In this document: piece by piece, positions 1 to 10,218 of the stretch
How the letters are laid out: every line of letters starts with the position of its first letter
How positions within the stretch are numbered: position 1 is the first letter of the stretch
Assembly (NCBI GenBank): GCA_963827235.1
Contig: CAWHAE010000012.1
Coordinates: 1,248,001-1,312,000, forward strand
DNA from: an uncultured bacterium
Lineage (GTDB): Bacteria; Chloroflexota; UBA5177; JANWHV01
Direction: 5' to 3'
DNA length: 64,000 nucleotides
Position numbers and translations under genes: made by a program
Notes under the pieces: generated by a model
Told to the model about the DNA's origin: nothing
Databases searched by the model: none
The model's input: only the letters and a program-made list of their open reading frames with translations

Positions 1-174
1 CTACGCCTGCGTCGCACCGACACTCAGCTGGAAACGATGCAGGACAGCCACGCGCGCATAGTAGCCGCGATCAGGCGCGCCGAGTCTGAGGAGGCTGGGC
101 GGTTGATGGCCCTGCATATAGACCGCGCCATTGCCACGATGAACGCCTCGCTCGCCCAGGCGTCGACCGCATAA
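1..174 (+). CDS. GntR/FadR-family regulator, C-terminal FCD domain (partial, 5' end outside window)
   Basis: Frame +1 reads LRLRRTDTQLETMQDSHARIVAAIRRAESEEAGRLMALHIDRAIATM...*, the H-x2-I-x2-AI...A...M-x2-H FCD tail; lies directly upstream of uxuA. Not in the ORF track. Confidence 0.7.
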   Translation, partial: LRLRRTDTQLETMQDSHARIVAAIRRAESEEAGRLMALHIDRAIATMNASLAQASTA

Positions 175-272
175 GGCCGGCGCAGAGCGTTGCCGGTTCG
201 CATACCGTACGCTTTCCCGAGTACATGACCGTTCCACGTCGTGTGTCCCGGGTAGAGAAGGGGAAAGGCAGC

Positions 273-1280
273 ATGGTCCACTTTGCGGAATACCTGCGCC
301 CGACACGGGCCCCATTCTGGACGCTGCTGCGACAGCTGGGCGTCGAGCACGTGGTGAGCAGCCTCGACCGCGAACTGCCTTCGGGCGGCCATCGCGCCAT
401 CGATCTGCCCTGGGAAGAAGGGGCCCTGCGCCAGCTGGTCCACCGCTATGAACGGGCCGGCTTGCGCGTGGCCGTGATCGAAGATGGCCCCCCTCTCGAC
501 TGCGCGCGCCTTGGGCTGCCCGGCGCCGACGATGAGATCGAGCAGGTCTGCACCCTGGTGCGTAGCATGGGCGCCGTGGGGATTCCCGTGCTGTGCTACA
601 ACTGGATGTCCGTCATCCCCTGGCTGCGCACGTCGACCGCCCTGCCGGGGCGGGGAAACGCCCTTGTCACCGGCTTTGACGCCGCCGATCTCGCCGGCCT
701 GCCACCCACCTGGGCCGGTGAGGTTCCTGAAGCGCAGTTGTGGGACACCCTGGCCACGTTTCTCCGCAGGGTGGTGCCGGTGGCCGAACGGGCGGGTGTG
801 CGGCTAGCTCTCCATCCGGATGACCCGCCGTATTCGCCGATCCGAGGCGTGGCCCGCATACTGACGAGCCTGGATGCCTTCCAGCGGGTGCTCGATCTGG
901 TGGATAGTCCGGCCAATGCCCTGACGTTCTGCCAGGGCAACTTCTCGCTGCTGACCGACGATGTGCCGGGAGCTCTTCGCCAGTTCGGTTGCCAAGGCCG
1001 GGTCGCCTTCGGACACTTTCGCGACGTGCGGGGCACGCCGGAGCGCTTCGTCGAGACGTTTCATGATGATGGGCAGACCGACATGTATGCCTGTATGCGG
1101 GCGTGGTTGGACATCGGCTTCGACGGGGTGCTTCGTCCAGACCATGTGCCGACCCTGGAAGGGGAAGCGAACGACCAACCGGGCTACGCCTATCTCGGAC
1201 GCCTGCATGCACTGGGCTACATGACCGGACTCAGGGAAGCAGCCCTGGCCGAACGGACGTTGCTCAATAAACAGGTCTGA
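273..1280 (+). CDS. uxuA: Mannonate dehydratase
   Basis: CYNWM, LALHPDDPP, FCQGNF, HFRDV, ETFHDDG and LRPDHVP motifs; purine-rich RBS before ATG 273. Confidence 0.9.
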   Translation: MVHFAEYLRPTRAPFWTLLRQLGVEHVVSSLDRELPSGGHRAIDLPWEEGALRQLVHRYERAGLRVAVIEDGPPLDCARLGLPGADDEIEQVCTLVRSMGAVGIPVLCYNWMSVIPWLRTSTALPGRGNALVTGFDAADLAGLPPTWAGEVPEAQLWDTLATFLRRVVPVAERAGVRLALHPDDPPYSPIRGVARILTSLDAFQRVLDLVDSPANALTFCQGNFSLLTDDVPGALRQFGCQGRVAFGHFRDVRGTPERFVETFHDDGQTDMYACMRAWLDIGFDGVLRPDHVPTLEGEANDQPGYAYLGRLHALGYMTGLREAALAERTLLNKQV

Positions 1281-1411
1281 GACGCACATGAGAGCGATGG
1301 CGAAGGTTTTCTTCGGTTGTGCTGGGGCGGCCGCGCGCAGCGCTCTCGTCGGTTGGTACGCTCGTCATCCGGGGAGAAGTTGCCGTTGGCACCGACACGC
1401 AGTGATTCCCG

Positions 1412-1927
1412 CTAGTAGCTCATCTCTCCTGGTGTCAGCAGCCGGCAAATGGCGCCGTCCACTGCCAACGGCTCGGGCCCACCGTGTGCGGCGTAGTCGT
1501 CCGCATAGTGGTGGATCAGGAAACCCAGGACATGGTGCATAAGCCACAGCTCGAGGGGTTGATTTGGCGTCCAGCCCAGCCGTGCGTAGCCATCGCCGAA
1601 GATGTAGGCATTGGTCATGCTCCAGTAGGCGCGCACCAGTTGCTGCCATCGCCACGTGGCGGAATCGGGACACTCGGCCAGGTCCTCGTGCGTGAAGAAC
1701 GAGAGGGCTTCGGGCATAGAGATACGCAAGGCGTCGGCTTCGCCGCGACCTCCGCCAACCAGGATGTCACCGCGTTTGCCCCGGAAGCTGTCGTCGCCTC
1801 GGGTATCCTCATCCAGCCGGTAGATCGCAACGCTCCTGCTAGCGTCATTCCCGAACACGAACGGGAAGCGGCTAGGACAGGTCACCATGCCGAGGCAGGT
1901 ATGTCGATAGCTGTCAACTTCCGACAC
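1412..1927 (-). CDS. Hypothetical protein
   Basis: Protein-like composition; GGAGG RBS before GTG at 1927; no recognisable family. Confidence 0.65.
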   Translation of the reverse strand: MSEVDSYRHTCLGMVTCPSRFPFVFGNDASRSVAIYRLDEDTRGDDSFRGKRGDILVGGGRGEADALRISMPEALSFFTHEDLAECPDSATWRWQQLVRAYWSMTNAYIFGDGYARLGWTPNQPLELWLMHHVLGFLIHHYADDYAAHGGPEPLAVDGAICRLLTPGEMSY

Positions 1928-2091
1928 GCAACAACCTCCGCTGGCTGTGGACGCCTGACTCTGTTGACCGCGCTCCACTCACGCATCGAGTCAATTGTAG
2001 GTCCACGTCGTCCGTGGGTCTATCACGACGGTAACAAACGGTTGCTCTAGCCGCCGGGCTGACGGGAGCATCGCGCCCGACTCACTCGCCG

Positions 2092-2603
2092 CTAGGTCAA
2101 GCGCGCTGGGACGCGGATGTGTAGTCTCGCGGCGTACGGAATTCCGCCCGCGAACGTGCGCTCCAGTATCTTCGCGCGCTCAAGGATGGGCAGCAGCCAC
2201 TGTACTGGTGTAAGCATCTCGCCAACCATCCCTTAAGGGTCTACCTGGATCGACCCGGTGGGCGTTTCTGGCTGACGCGACACGCCGGAGCGGGTCCCGG
2301 CATCGGCTGGCTCCCGCCGCTTCCCGCGGATCAGTGCCACCCTGCCCAAGGCCACGGCCAGGACGTTCTCGTCAGCGCTAGGAGGACGGCATGATTCGTT
2401 GTGCTCAGGGCGACCAGCACAGCGTCCACGAACCCGACGAACACGTCAGGCTCGATGTCGTACTCGTCGCAGCCCAGGTCCGCGATGCCAGTCGTCTGGC
2501 CAGCGAGCGCTTCAAGCGCTAGCGCCTGCCCGCAAAAGAGCACGCCGACCCGCGAGGCCGGATTCCAGATCTCCCGATTGCCGACCTGAAAGTACACGCT
2601 CAT
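2092..2603 (-). pseudogene. DUF6086-like protein, disrupted by a frameshift near 2370 and an in-frame TAA near 2233
   Basis: MSVYFQVGNREIWNPAS...DEYDIEP..F..FVDA..STTNHAVL resembles DUF6086. The shifted frame continues ENVLAVALG...SIQVDP*GMVGE..WLLPILERAKILERTF. Confidence 0.6.
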
Positions 2604-2624
2604 CGCTGACGCCCTCGAGTGGAC

Positions 2625-3572
2625 TCAGCCGCCGGCGGTCTGTTCCGCCAGCACCTGCGGCCAGGAGTATTGCGGGCGATAGGCCAGCACTTGCCACGCT
2701 CGCGTGCAGTCGAGCAGCGACCAGCGGTCCGTGAGCGGTGCCGGCACCTCTTCGGCCGGCGTGCGCCGCGGCACGTTGGGGAAATAGCGCTGCAGCAGCG
2801 TCTCCGTGGGCAGATCCGAACTGGTGTCTGCCGAGGTGACGAACATCGGCGCGTGACCTTCGAAACGGGCGTCGAGCGCCAGCAGGCAAGCACGGGCGGC
2901 GTCGCGAAGATCGACGTAGCTCCAGAGCATATGTGCCTGCGCCCCCACGTCCTGCTTCACGCGGTCCACGTATTGCCGGTAGTAATGCTCGCCGATGATG
3001 GTCGAGAAGCGCAGACTGGCGGCGCTGCCGCCGGTGCGACGGCAGAACGTGGCCGCGATCTCTTCGCCGGCCACTTTGGACAGGCCATAGCAGTCCTGCG
3101 GTATGAGCGGGTGCGCCTCGTCGATGGGGACGTAGAGCGGCTCGGACCAGCGGTACTGCCAGGGGAAACCGAGCGCCGACACGCTCGAGGCGCTCACCAC
3201 CCGGCCTATGCCGAGCACTGCCGCCGCTTCGTATACGTTGAATTGCCCGAGCACGTTGTTGCGAAACACGACCTCGGGCGGATGGCTGCTTGGCGCGGCG
3301 ATCGCTCCGAGATGTATCACCGCGCCGGCACCGGTCAGCGCTCCGTAGACCTGGCCGAGATCGGTCAAATCGACCAGCCGGTAGCGCAGCTCGCCCGCCC
3401 CTTCGCGTCGGGTCGCCGCGCCGAGATCGCTGAGCGTGCCCTCATGCATGCGTCTGTAGACCTCGTGCGGCTCGACGAGATCCAAGGCAAGCACATCCAA
3501 GCCCTGCTCGACAAGCATCCTGACCACGGCGTGGCCGAGATGTCCGAGCGCACCACTGACTACTACGCGCAT
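2625..3572 (-). CDS. NAD-dependent epimerase/dehydratase / uronate-dehydrogenase-like extended SDR
   Basis: VVVSGALGHLG Rossmann motif, VIHLGA, NN, ASS and catalytic YGLSK; GAAGGA RBS before ATG 3572. Confidence 0.85.
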   Translation of the reverse strand: MRVVVSGALGHLGHAVVRMLVEQGLDVLALDLVEPHEVYRRMHEGTLSDLGAATRREGAGELRYRLVDLTDLGQVYGALTGAGAVIHLGAIAAPSSHPPEVVFRNNVLGQFNVYEAAAVLGIGRVVSASSVSALGFPWQYRWSEPLYVPIDEAHPLIPQDCYGLSKVAGEEIAATFCRRTGGSAASLRFSTIIGEHYYRQYVDRVKQDVGAQAHMLWSYVDLRDAARACLLALDARFEGHAPMFVTSADTSSDLPTETLLQRYFPNVPRRTPAEEVPAPLTDRWSLLDCTRAWQVLAYRPQYSWPQVLAEQTAGG

Positions 3573-3994
3573 GCAGCACGTCCTTCCGCACCTGCAAGGT
3601 GCCTCGCGTTGCCGTTCACACCGTTCCCGACTACTGGATTCCCGCCCGGCGCCGTAACGCCGGGCTACCGGGTCGCCGTCCGCGAGGCAACCATGGGTCG
3701 TATTCTTCCTGTAAACCCCGGGCTCGCCCTTGATACTACCGCAGGATACAACAGGGTCACCCGGCCTGTGCCGGTTCGCGCGGCAGAAGCGTGGCCCAAC
3801 GTGCCGGCATCCTGCTTCGAGACAGTGCGCAAGGCGCCGCCGCCAATCAGGAATGGAGATCGCAGGCACCGCATTCTTCGGCGTTCGGAGCGGGTCCAGA
3901 TCCGCGGCATCCTCCCCTGTATTCGCATGCGCGACCGGCGTCGTGAGAGGCCGCGCGACCGATCGCCGTACCCGATCCCGCGCTGCCGGCGGTG

Positions 3995-6778
3995 TCAGTC
4001 ATGTTGACCGGCGATCTCCAATTCCACGCTGACGATCGCTTTGGCTTCTACCACCAGATCGATCGTCTCGCCGTCTGCCACGGGCACGGATCGCAGGCGA
4101 CGCTCTTCGAGCGAGATCACGTACGCCCCTGCCAGAGGCAGCAGGCTCGTCAGAGTAGCACGGCATGGAGCGGATGCCGGGTTGTAGAAGCGAGCCACGA
4201 CGCCCTGGCGCTCCTCGGCCCGCTTGAAGGCCGACAAGACGAGGGTGCCCCCGTGAATGCGCAGGAAGCTGGCCCCGGCCGGAAGCCTCCCGCGAAACGG
4301 AGCGGACAGGGCAGGGCCGTGAGTGCCGAGGACGGCATGCAGCGGTGTTACGAATTCATGCGCCCATCGCGCCGCTGTTGCCCAGCTACCCGCGTGCGGC
4401 ACGAGAGCGTACTCGGCCGACCACTGCCCGAGGCATTGGGCATCGGGCGTAGGAAATACACCCCAATCTCCCACGTGCCCTACGGAGCGCAGCAGGGTGA
4501 GGGTCACGGTACGCGCGTCGTCGCGCAGCACCTCATATTCCGGCAGCCCACGGTTGGCAAGCAGCAGCCCGCGCCTGCCGTCCGAGAGGTCGACAAACGC
4601 CTGCTGCGGCTGGCTGTCGGTGGCGCTCTGCCAGCCGGACCACGGGGTAATCGGTCGCTCCACGACGTCGAAGGCGCTGTCCACCGAGCACAGGTCTGTC
4701 TTCACTTCGCTGGGGAACAGCGCGCGCAGCCGGTGGTCGCGCGCCTGGTTGTCGAAGCGGCACGCGATCTCCACGGCATGCCCGCCCGCGCTCAAGCGTA
4801 CGGCCGTGACCAGGTCCAGCGTCACCGTCTCTTGCGAGCGCCGCTCGCCTCGGCCCGGATCCGGCGGCTCGGCGTGTGCGGGCACCGCGAGCGCCTGCCC
4901 TATGATCAGGCAACCCCAGACGGGCGTCGCCTCGGCCGTGACATACCTCACCGGTACGCCCGACGTGGTCAGAATGGTCTCGCGCGCGGGAGCACGGTAC
5001 ACGTATTCGTCGCCCACGTCACCGCAGTCCTCGTAGACGTTCAGCCCGCAGTACCGCTCCCCTGTCGACTTGTCGGTCAGCGAGAGGGATCCGTCCGACG
5101 CCACGTCCACCCGCAGATGCTCGTTTTCGAGCCAATCGGGCCCCACGCGTACGTCGTGCGTTTCCGAGCCGGCAGCCGTGTCCGGCGACTCGCCCGCGCC
5201 GGACAGGTACAGCAACTCGTAGCCCAGACCGGGCACGGCGGGTGCGACAGCGCGCACTCGGACTCGCCTGGCATAGTACGGCTGCCGGCTGCGATCGGGC
5301 GGCAGCTCGTAGTCCCAGACCACGCCCAGGTCCTCGATCGTGGCAGGCAGCAGCGATCCGTCATGCTTCCAGAGGCGCAGGTCGGCCGCGTCCACATCCG
5401 CCAGCTCACGGGCATCGGATATCGGGCCGGGCGGGCTGGCGCAAGCGCGGCGCGCGAGGTCGAGCTCGACGTCGAATTGCCCGCCCCGCGGCCAGGCCAG
5501 CGTGTTCACGAGCAGAATCGGCCACGAGCCCGCCGGCGTGTGACACTCCGCGACGACAGCGGCGGCGAGGGCGGCCGCGGCCTCTCGTGCCACCAGGCGG
5601 GACACCTCAAGGCTGTCGCGGAAGCGCGGCAGCATGTCATCGTGCACCTCGTCCGTGCTGCATCCGCAGATACTGTCATGGGGCTGGTTCTGCAGAAGGC
5701 GCGCCCAGGAATAGCGCAGGAGGTCGTACGGATAGGGCGCGCCGCACAGATTGGCCAGGGTGGCGAGCGGCTCCGCGTAGTGCTCGAGCACGATCTGCGC
5801 GTCGTGGTTCAGGCGTTTCAGGTACAGCCGCGACGACGCCGTATTCGCCAAGGTCGTACGCCCGTCGGTCCCCTGCCCGCGAAGCTCCCCGATCACGGTG
5901 AAGAGGCTGGACGACTCGAGCGCCGTGCGCAGGGCGGCGACGTAGCCGAGGATGCTGTCTTGCACCGCGAGATCGGGCGCCAGGGCGGCGGCGGCATCGG
6001 CGAGAGCGGTGGAGAGATCGGCCTGCACCGGTTGATGATCCATGCCGTTCATCAGTAGCAGGTGGCGAGTCGAGGCGAAGGGCGCCACGGTGTCGCGGAT
6101 GCAGCGCAGGCGCGCCGCGGCCGCGTCGGTGCCGGTCGGCAGCTCCGCCGCGTTGTTGTACCAGGTGGCCAGCATGATGCCCAGCACGGAGGAGCCATCG
6201 GGTGCCTGCCAGGTCACCTCAGAACGGAGCGGCCCGGGCTGCAGCCCGTCGGCAGTCTCGATCAGCAGGGGAAGACCACGGCCGAAGATCGCATTGTCGA
6301 TCTCGAAGCCTCTCAGGATCTGAGGCATCTGCGAAACGTGCCCAAAGCTGTCCGGTAGATAGCCCGTGCGCGCGGCCCCGCCGTACGCGCGGCTGGCCAG
6401 TATGCCTCGCAGAAGGTTGCGCACCAGGGCCTCGCCGCTGACCAGGAACTCATCGGGCTGCACGTACCACGGCCCGACGATCAGGCGCCCCGCGCGTGCC
6501 TGGCGCTCCAGGTCGGGAGCACGCTCGGGACGAATCTCCAGGTAGTCGTCCAGGATGATGGTCTGTCCATCGAGGTGGAAGCTGGTGAACGAGGGATCGC
6601 GGTCCAGCAGATCCTGCACGGAGTCGAGCAGCGCCACCAGGCGGGCGCGATGCCGCTGGAACGGCATATACCATTCGCGGTCCCAATGCGAGTGAGCGAC
6701 CACATGCATGACGAAACCGGGCGTCGTGGGCGCGCCGGGCGCGCTCGAATCGTCATCCTGGATACTCTCCAGCATCAC
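3995..6778 (-). CDS. Alpha-mannosidase, GH38
   Basis: HSHWDREWY, FHLDGQ, GPWYVQPDEFLVSGE, GYLPDSFGH, NGMDH, NQPHDSICGCS and LTLLRSVG motifs. Confidence 0.93.
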   Translation of the reverse strand: MMLESIQDDDSSAPGAPTTPGFVMHVVAHSHWDREWYMPFQRHRARLVALLDSVQDLLDRDPSFTSFHLDGQTIILDDYLEIRPERAPDLERQARAGRLIVGPWYVQPDEFLVSGEALVRNLLRGILASRAYGGAARTGYLPDSFGHVSQMPQILRGFEIDNAIFGRGLPLLIETADGLQPGPLRSEVTWQAPDGSSVLGIMLATWYNNAAELPTGTDAAAARLRCIRDTVAPFASTRHLLLMNGMDHQPVQADLSTALADAAAALAPDLAVQDSILGYVAALRTALESSSLFTVIGELRGQGTDGRTTLANTASSRLYLKRLNHDAQIVLEHYAEPLATLANLCGAPYPYDLLRYSWARLLQNQPHDSICGCSTDEVHDDMLPRFRDSLEVSRLVAREAAAALAAAVVAECHTPAGSWPILLVNTLAWPRGGQFDVELDLARRACASPPGPISDARELADVDAADLRLWKHDGSLLPATIEDLGVVWDYELPPDRSRQPYYARRVRVRAVAPAVPGLGYELLYLSGAGESPDTAAGSETHDVRVGPDWLENEHLRVDVASDGSLSLTDKSTGERYCGLNVYEDCGDVGDEYVYRAPARETILTTSGVPVRYVTAEATPVWGCLIIGQALAVPAHAEPPDPGRGERRSQETVTLDLVTAVRLSAGGHAVEIACRFDNQARDHRLRALFPSEVKTDLCSVDSAFDVVERPITPWSGWQSATDSQPQQAFVDLSDGRRGLLLANRGLPEYEVLRDDARTVTLTLLRSVGHVGDWGVFPTPDAQCLGQWSAEYALVPHAGSWATAARWAHEFVTPLHAVLGTHGPALSAPFRGRLPAGASFLRIHGGTLVLSAFKRAEERQGVVARFYNPASAPCRATLTSLLPLAGAYVISLEERRLRSVPVADGETIDLVVEAKAIVSVELEIAGQHD

Positions 6779-6796
6779 GGGCGAAACCCCCCTATG

Positions 6797-7921
6797 TCAT
6801 CGAGAGCTTACTTGGAGCTGCGGCAGCTCTTCGACGCTCGTCGAAACGGTGACCGGCAACACCACGTGGCGCAACGACGGCTCGACTGTCCCACTCAGCT
6901 GGTCGAGCAGAATATGCATCGCCTGGGTGCCTATCTCGTACGAAGGCAGCGTGACTGACATGGCGCCCGAGGCTCGGACAACGTCGAAGTTCGCATTATC
7001 CATAGAGGCCATCGCGGCCTCTTCCGGAACGTGGACTCCCAGGCCGATCAGGTCGGAGGTCACGGCGGCGAGGCCCACGTCGCTGTTCACCGTCAGATAG
7101 GCAGTGGGCCGATACGGCGCGCTCAGCCACGAGCTCAAGCGCGCGCGGCGCTCCTCGACAGGCAGGCCGGTGTATGGGCGCAAGGCGACCAGCTCCGGCA
7201 CAATGGGCATGCCGTTTGCCTTGAGCGCCTGCATGTGTCCGATCACGCGATCGCGGACGCTGGTGCAATCCACCTGCGCGAGGATCGTGGCGATGCTTCG
7301 ATGCCCCTGACGAATCAGCGCCTCCGTCAGCTCGTAGCCGATCGCAAAGTCGTCCGCCACCACCACGTTCGTCGGCAGGGCCGGGTAGTAGCGATCTACC
7401 AGCACGAGCGGCACGCCGTCGCGCATGAGTGCTTCGAAATGCGTCATGTTAGCATGGCTATCGACGGGATAGACGATCAGCCCATGCACGCCGACATTGC
7501 GGGCGCGGGCCAGATTGATCAGCTCCGTGTGGGCCGATCCGCCCGAATCGAAGAGTAAGAGATGATAGTCGGCCGCGCGGCAGACGTTCTCGATACCCCG
7601 CACGATCGCCATCGGATGGTTGCCGTGCAGCTCGTCGATGATGCAGGCGATCAGGCGCGTGCTGCCGTCGGGCGCCCGAGCAGCCGACGGGTCCAGCTGC
7701 GGCGCCGTCACGAAGGTGCCGCGACCGCGTTGGCGCGATAGAACCCCCTCGTGCATGAGGTCGTTGAGAGCGCGGATAGCAGTGGCGCGGCTCACCTCGA
7801 ATCGGCGGCAAATCTCGCTCTCGGTGACGAAAGGACGATCGATCGGATACGCGCCGCGCTTGATCTCTTCAAGCAGCGCCAACTTGATGCGCTGGTAAAC
7901 GGGGACGGTCGCAGCGGACAT
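6797..7921 (-). CDS. GntR winged-HTH + LacI-type sugar-binding domain regulator (AraR-like)
   Basis: VYQRIK...TESEICRRFEVSRATAIRAL...RGRGTFV GntR HTH followed by a periplasmic-binding-protein-like domain (PLVLVDR, VVADD, DRVIG). Confidence 0.9.
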   Translation of the reverse strand: MSAATVPVYQRIKLALLEEIKRGAYPIDRPFVTESEICRRFEVSRATAIRALNDLMHEGVLSRQRGRGTFVTAPQLDPSAARAPDGSTRLIACIIDELHGNHPMAIVRGIENVCRAADYHLLLFDSGGSAHTELINLARARNVGVHGLIVYPVDSHANMTHFEALMRDGVPLVLVDRYYPALPTNVVVADDFAIGYELTEALIRQGHRSIATILAQVDCTSVRDRVIGHMQALKANGMPIVPELVALRPYTGLPVEERRARLSSWLSAPYRPTAYLTVNSDVGLAAVTSDLIGLGVHVPEEAAMASMDNANFDVVRASGAMSVTLPSYEIGTQAMHILLDQLSGTVEPSLRHVVLPVTVSTSVEELPQLQVSSR

Positions 7922-8234
7922 GTATGAGCACCATCCTTCATTGAGCGGGCCGGACACCATAGTATGATATTCCTTTGCGCTTGGCAAGAGGGTGCGGCGA
8001 CACGACCGGCTGAATATTGACCGGTTATTCTGGCTGCGTACCAACCAATTACACATCATTCTGGATGTGACCCACAGCCCGTCGGTCCCGGATGCAGGCT
8101 GCCGAGCCGGCATGGCAGCCTGCTAGAGCATACCTGCCGCCGGCACAGAGCCCATCGTGCTCGATTCCGGTCACGAGAGCCGGCAGGGTGCCGGTGATCC
8201 GTGGCTGGAGAATGATGATAATTGAGCTGACAAC

Positions 8235-8293
8235 TTGACCGCCAAGCAGTGAGGTCAAACAATATTGACAGTGCAGATGGCACGTGCTATTGT
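8235..8293 (+). promoter_or_regulatory. Sigma70-type promoter of the ABC operon with adjacent inverted repeat (candidate operator)
   Basis: TTGACA (8265-8270), 17-nt spacer ending in TGc, TATTGT (8288-8293). TTGACC-N12-GGTCAA lies at 8235-8258, immediately upstream. Confidence 0.6.
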
Positions 8294-8660
8294 CTTACTG
8301 CCTGTGCTGCACACTCAAATTCTGTAGGTATCGTGTGGGCACGGAGGTCGATATTGTCCGGTGGATATTCTGGCAGGGCAGGTTGTGCCGGCCTGGGTTC
8401 GGGAAGGGGGTGAGTCCTCCGGCAGCGTTCTGGTAGCACTGAGTCTGGTTGAGACACTTCGTGCCCGGGAGCCATCTTTCGCGCGGTTGCGGCCGCGGCC
8501 GCTCGCCTCCTCACAGCGAGGGCACCGCGAGCACCCCGGCAGGCCTGTTGTTATACATCGCTTGGGCAACGCGGCCACCGTGCGGTTACGCAGGCGGATT
8601 TGCCTTCCACCCCGAAGTACCAATGCCGGTGCTTCCAATTCCAAAGGGGGTACGTGACCA

Positions 8661-10106
8661 ATGGCATCATGCACTCGGCGCAGTTTCCTCACGAAATCAG
8701 CGGCGGTGGCCGGCGCGGTCGCCGGGGCCGGCGCGTTGACGGAGCTGGGTCAGCTCGGCCGGGCCGAGGCGGCCGCAAGTAGCGGCGTGGCGCTCACGAT
8801 GTGGACATGGAAAGTATTCCACGTGCCTGCCTGGAAGGCCGTGGCCGCGGCCTTCCAGGCCAAGACCGGTGTCTCTGTCACTGTCCAGGCATATCAACCC
8901 GATCCGCTGTATCGAACCAAGCTGGCCGCGGCGGGCTCCAGCAAGTCTCTGCCCGACATCATCTCGTATTGGAGCAGTGACTATTCCCCAGCTGCTAATG
9001 GTTGGTGGATGGATCTGACCGGCAAAGTCGACGGCTCAATATACTTGCCGGGAACCTACGACACGAGCTCCGTGGTCACTCAGTCGACCTACACCACCTG
9101 GGCCGCGGATCCAAAAGACAACAAGGCCAAGCTGACCCTTAAGGTCGGCCACGCCTACTCCCTGCCTGCGCTGGCAGGCTCGCCGAACTTCATGTTCTTC
9201 AACAAGGCCATGCGCAAGAAGGCCGGCCTGAACCCTGACGTACCGCCAGCCAGTTTCGAGGAGCTCATCTCCGACTTGCAGGCGATCACCAAGGCCGGTC
9301 AGCCGGGATTCGCCGCGGGCGTCAAGAACCACGACGTGCCGGAATTCTGGATTCTCAACCCGGCGTACCTGCAGCTGGTTGGGCAGCAGGCGTTTGCCGA
9401 CTCACTTGTGGGGTGGTCGTCGCTCAACAATCCCCATTACGTGTACATGCTCGAGATGTTCAAGCAGTTGGCTACCGACAAGCTATGGGTGCCCGGCGTG
9501 ACCCAGATCGACATCGATCCGGCCGACTCGTACTTTGCCTCCGGGCGTTCCTCGCTGGATGTAGGCGGCACGTACTCCCGCGCGGCAATCCTCCAGCTGG
9601 GCATGTCGGGTGACAACGTCCTCACCTTCAACGTGCCGGGGCCTAAGGGCAGCGTCATAAAGAAGTTCATCAACGCGGCGTTCTCGCTCATCGACATGGG
9701 CATCAACCCCGCGACGCAGCACCCCGACGAAGCGCTGGCCTGGCTCAAGTACGCCACTGGACCCGAGGGCGCGGCCATTTTCGCCAAGATTGCCGGGGAC
9801 CTGCCCGCGGCGCAGCTGCCTGCCGATCCCAAGCTCGTGGGGCCGAGCGTGGCCAGCCTGCTCAGCTTCTTCCCCAAGCTTCCCAAGGGCACGAAGGGCA
9901 CGTTCAACGCCATTCCAGGCCCGTACCAGTCGATACCTGGCGGCGTTGGCACTCCCGGTGAGCTGCTCGAGAACGATCTGCAGGCGCTGCTGCTCGGTCA
10001 AGGTGACCCGGCGACCATGGCGGCGGGCGTGCAGGCGGCGCTCACTGCGTATAACAAGAAGACGTACGCAAAGACCGGTAAGCCGCCGCGGGCGGCCATC
10101 GGCTAG
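8661..10106 (+). CDS. Sugar ABC transporter substrate-binding protein, Tat-exported
   Basis: TRRSFL twin-arginine motif, AEA-A cleavage site, SBP_bac_1 motifs (LPDII, FFNK..KKAGL.P..PP.SFEEL); followed by permeases. Confidence 0.9.
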   Translation: MASCTRRSFLTKSAAVAGAVAGAGALTELGQLGRAEAAASSGVALTMWTWKVFHVPAWKAVAAAFQAKTGVSVTVQAYQPDPLYRTKLAAAGSSKSLPDIISYWSSDYSPAANGWWMDLTGKVDGSIYLPGTYDTSSVVTQSTYTTWAADPKDNKAKLTLKVGHAYSLPALAGSPNFMFFNKAMRKKAGLNPDVPPASFEELISDLQAITKAGQPGFAAGVKNHDVPEFWILNPAYLQLVGQQAFADSLVGWSSLNNPHYVYMLEMFKQLATDKLWVPGVTQIDIDPADSYFASGRSSLDVGGTYSRAAILQLGMSGDNVLTFNVPGPKGSVIKKFINAAFSLIDMGINPATQHPDEALAWLKYATGPEGAAIFAKIAGDLPAAQLPADPKLVGPSVASLLSFFPKLPKGTKGTFNAIPGPYQSIPGGVGTPGELLENDLQALLLGQGDPATMAAGVQAALTAYNKKTYAKTGKPPRAAIG

Positions 10107-10130
10107 CACGGCGGCCCGGCACGTAGCGCG

Positions 10131-10169
10131 AGCCAGGCCGGCCACCTTGGCAGGTTGGCCGGCCTGGCT
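10131..10169 (+). terminator. Intercistronic hairpin after the SBP gene
   Basis: AGCCAGGCCGGCCA ... TGGCCGGCCTGGCT, 14-bp inverted repeat. Confidence 0.6.
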
Positions 10170-10218
10170 TATTGCAGACGCTTGCGATCTTTCCACTCGA
10201 TAGGGAGGGAACGCGAAC

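Noticed and set aside
3573-3990. Possible riboswitch in the 420-nt gap upstream of the SDR, and the 99-aa N-terminal extension in the ORF track
   Set aside because: Only short GC hairpins with no recognisable aptamer. The Rossmann motif and RBS place the start at 3572.
3992-6058. Long antisense ORFs (688 aa here; also 31463-33247, 34554-36413, 28315-29838, 48589-50136)
   Set aside because: Shadow ORFs opposite well-supported genes; expected in high-GC DNA; no motifs.
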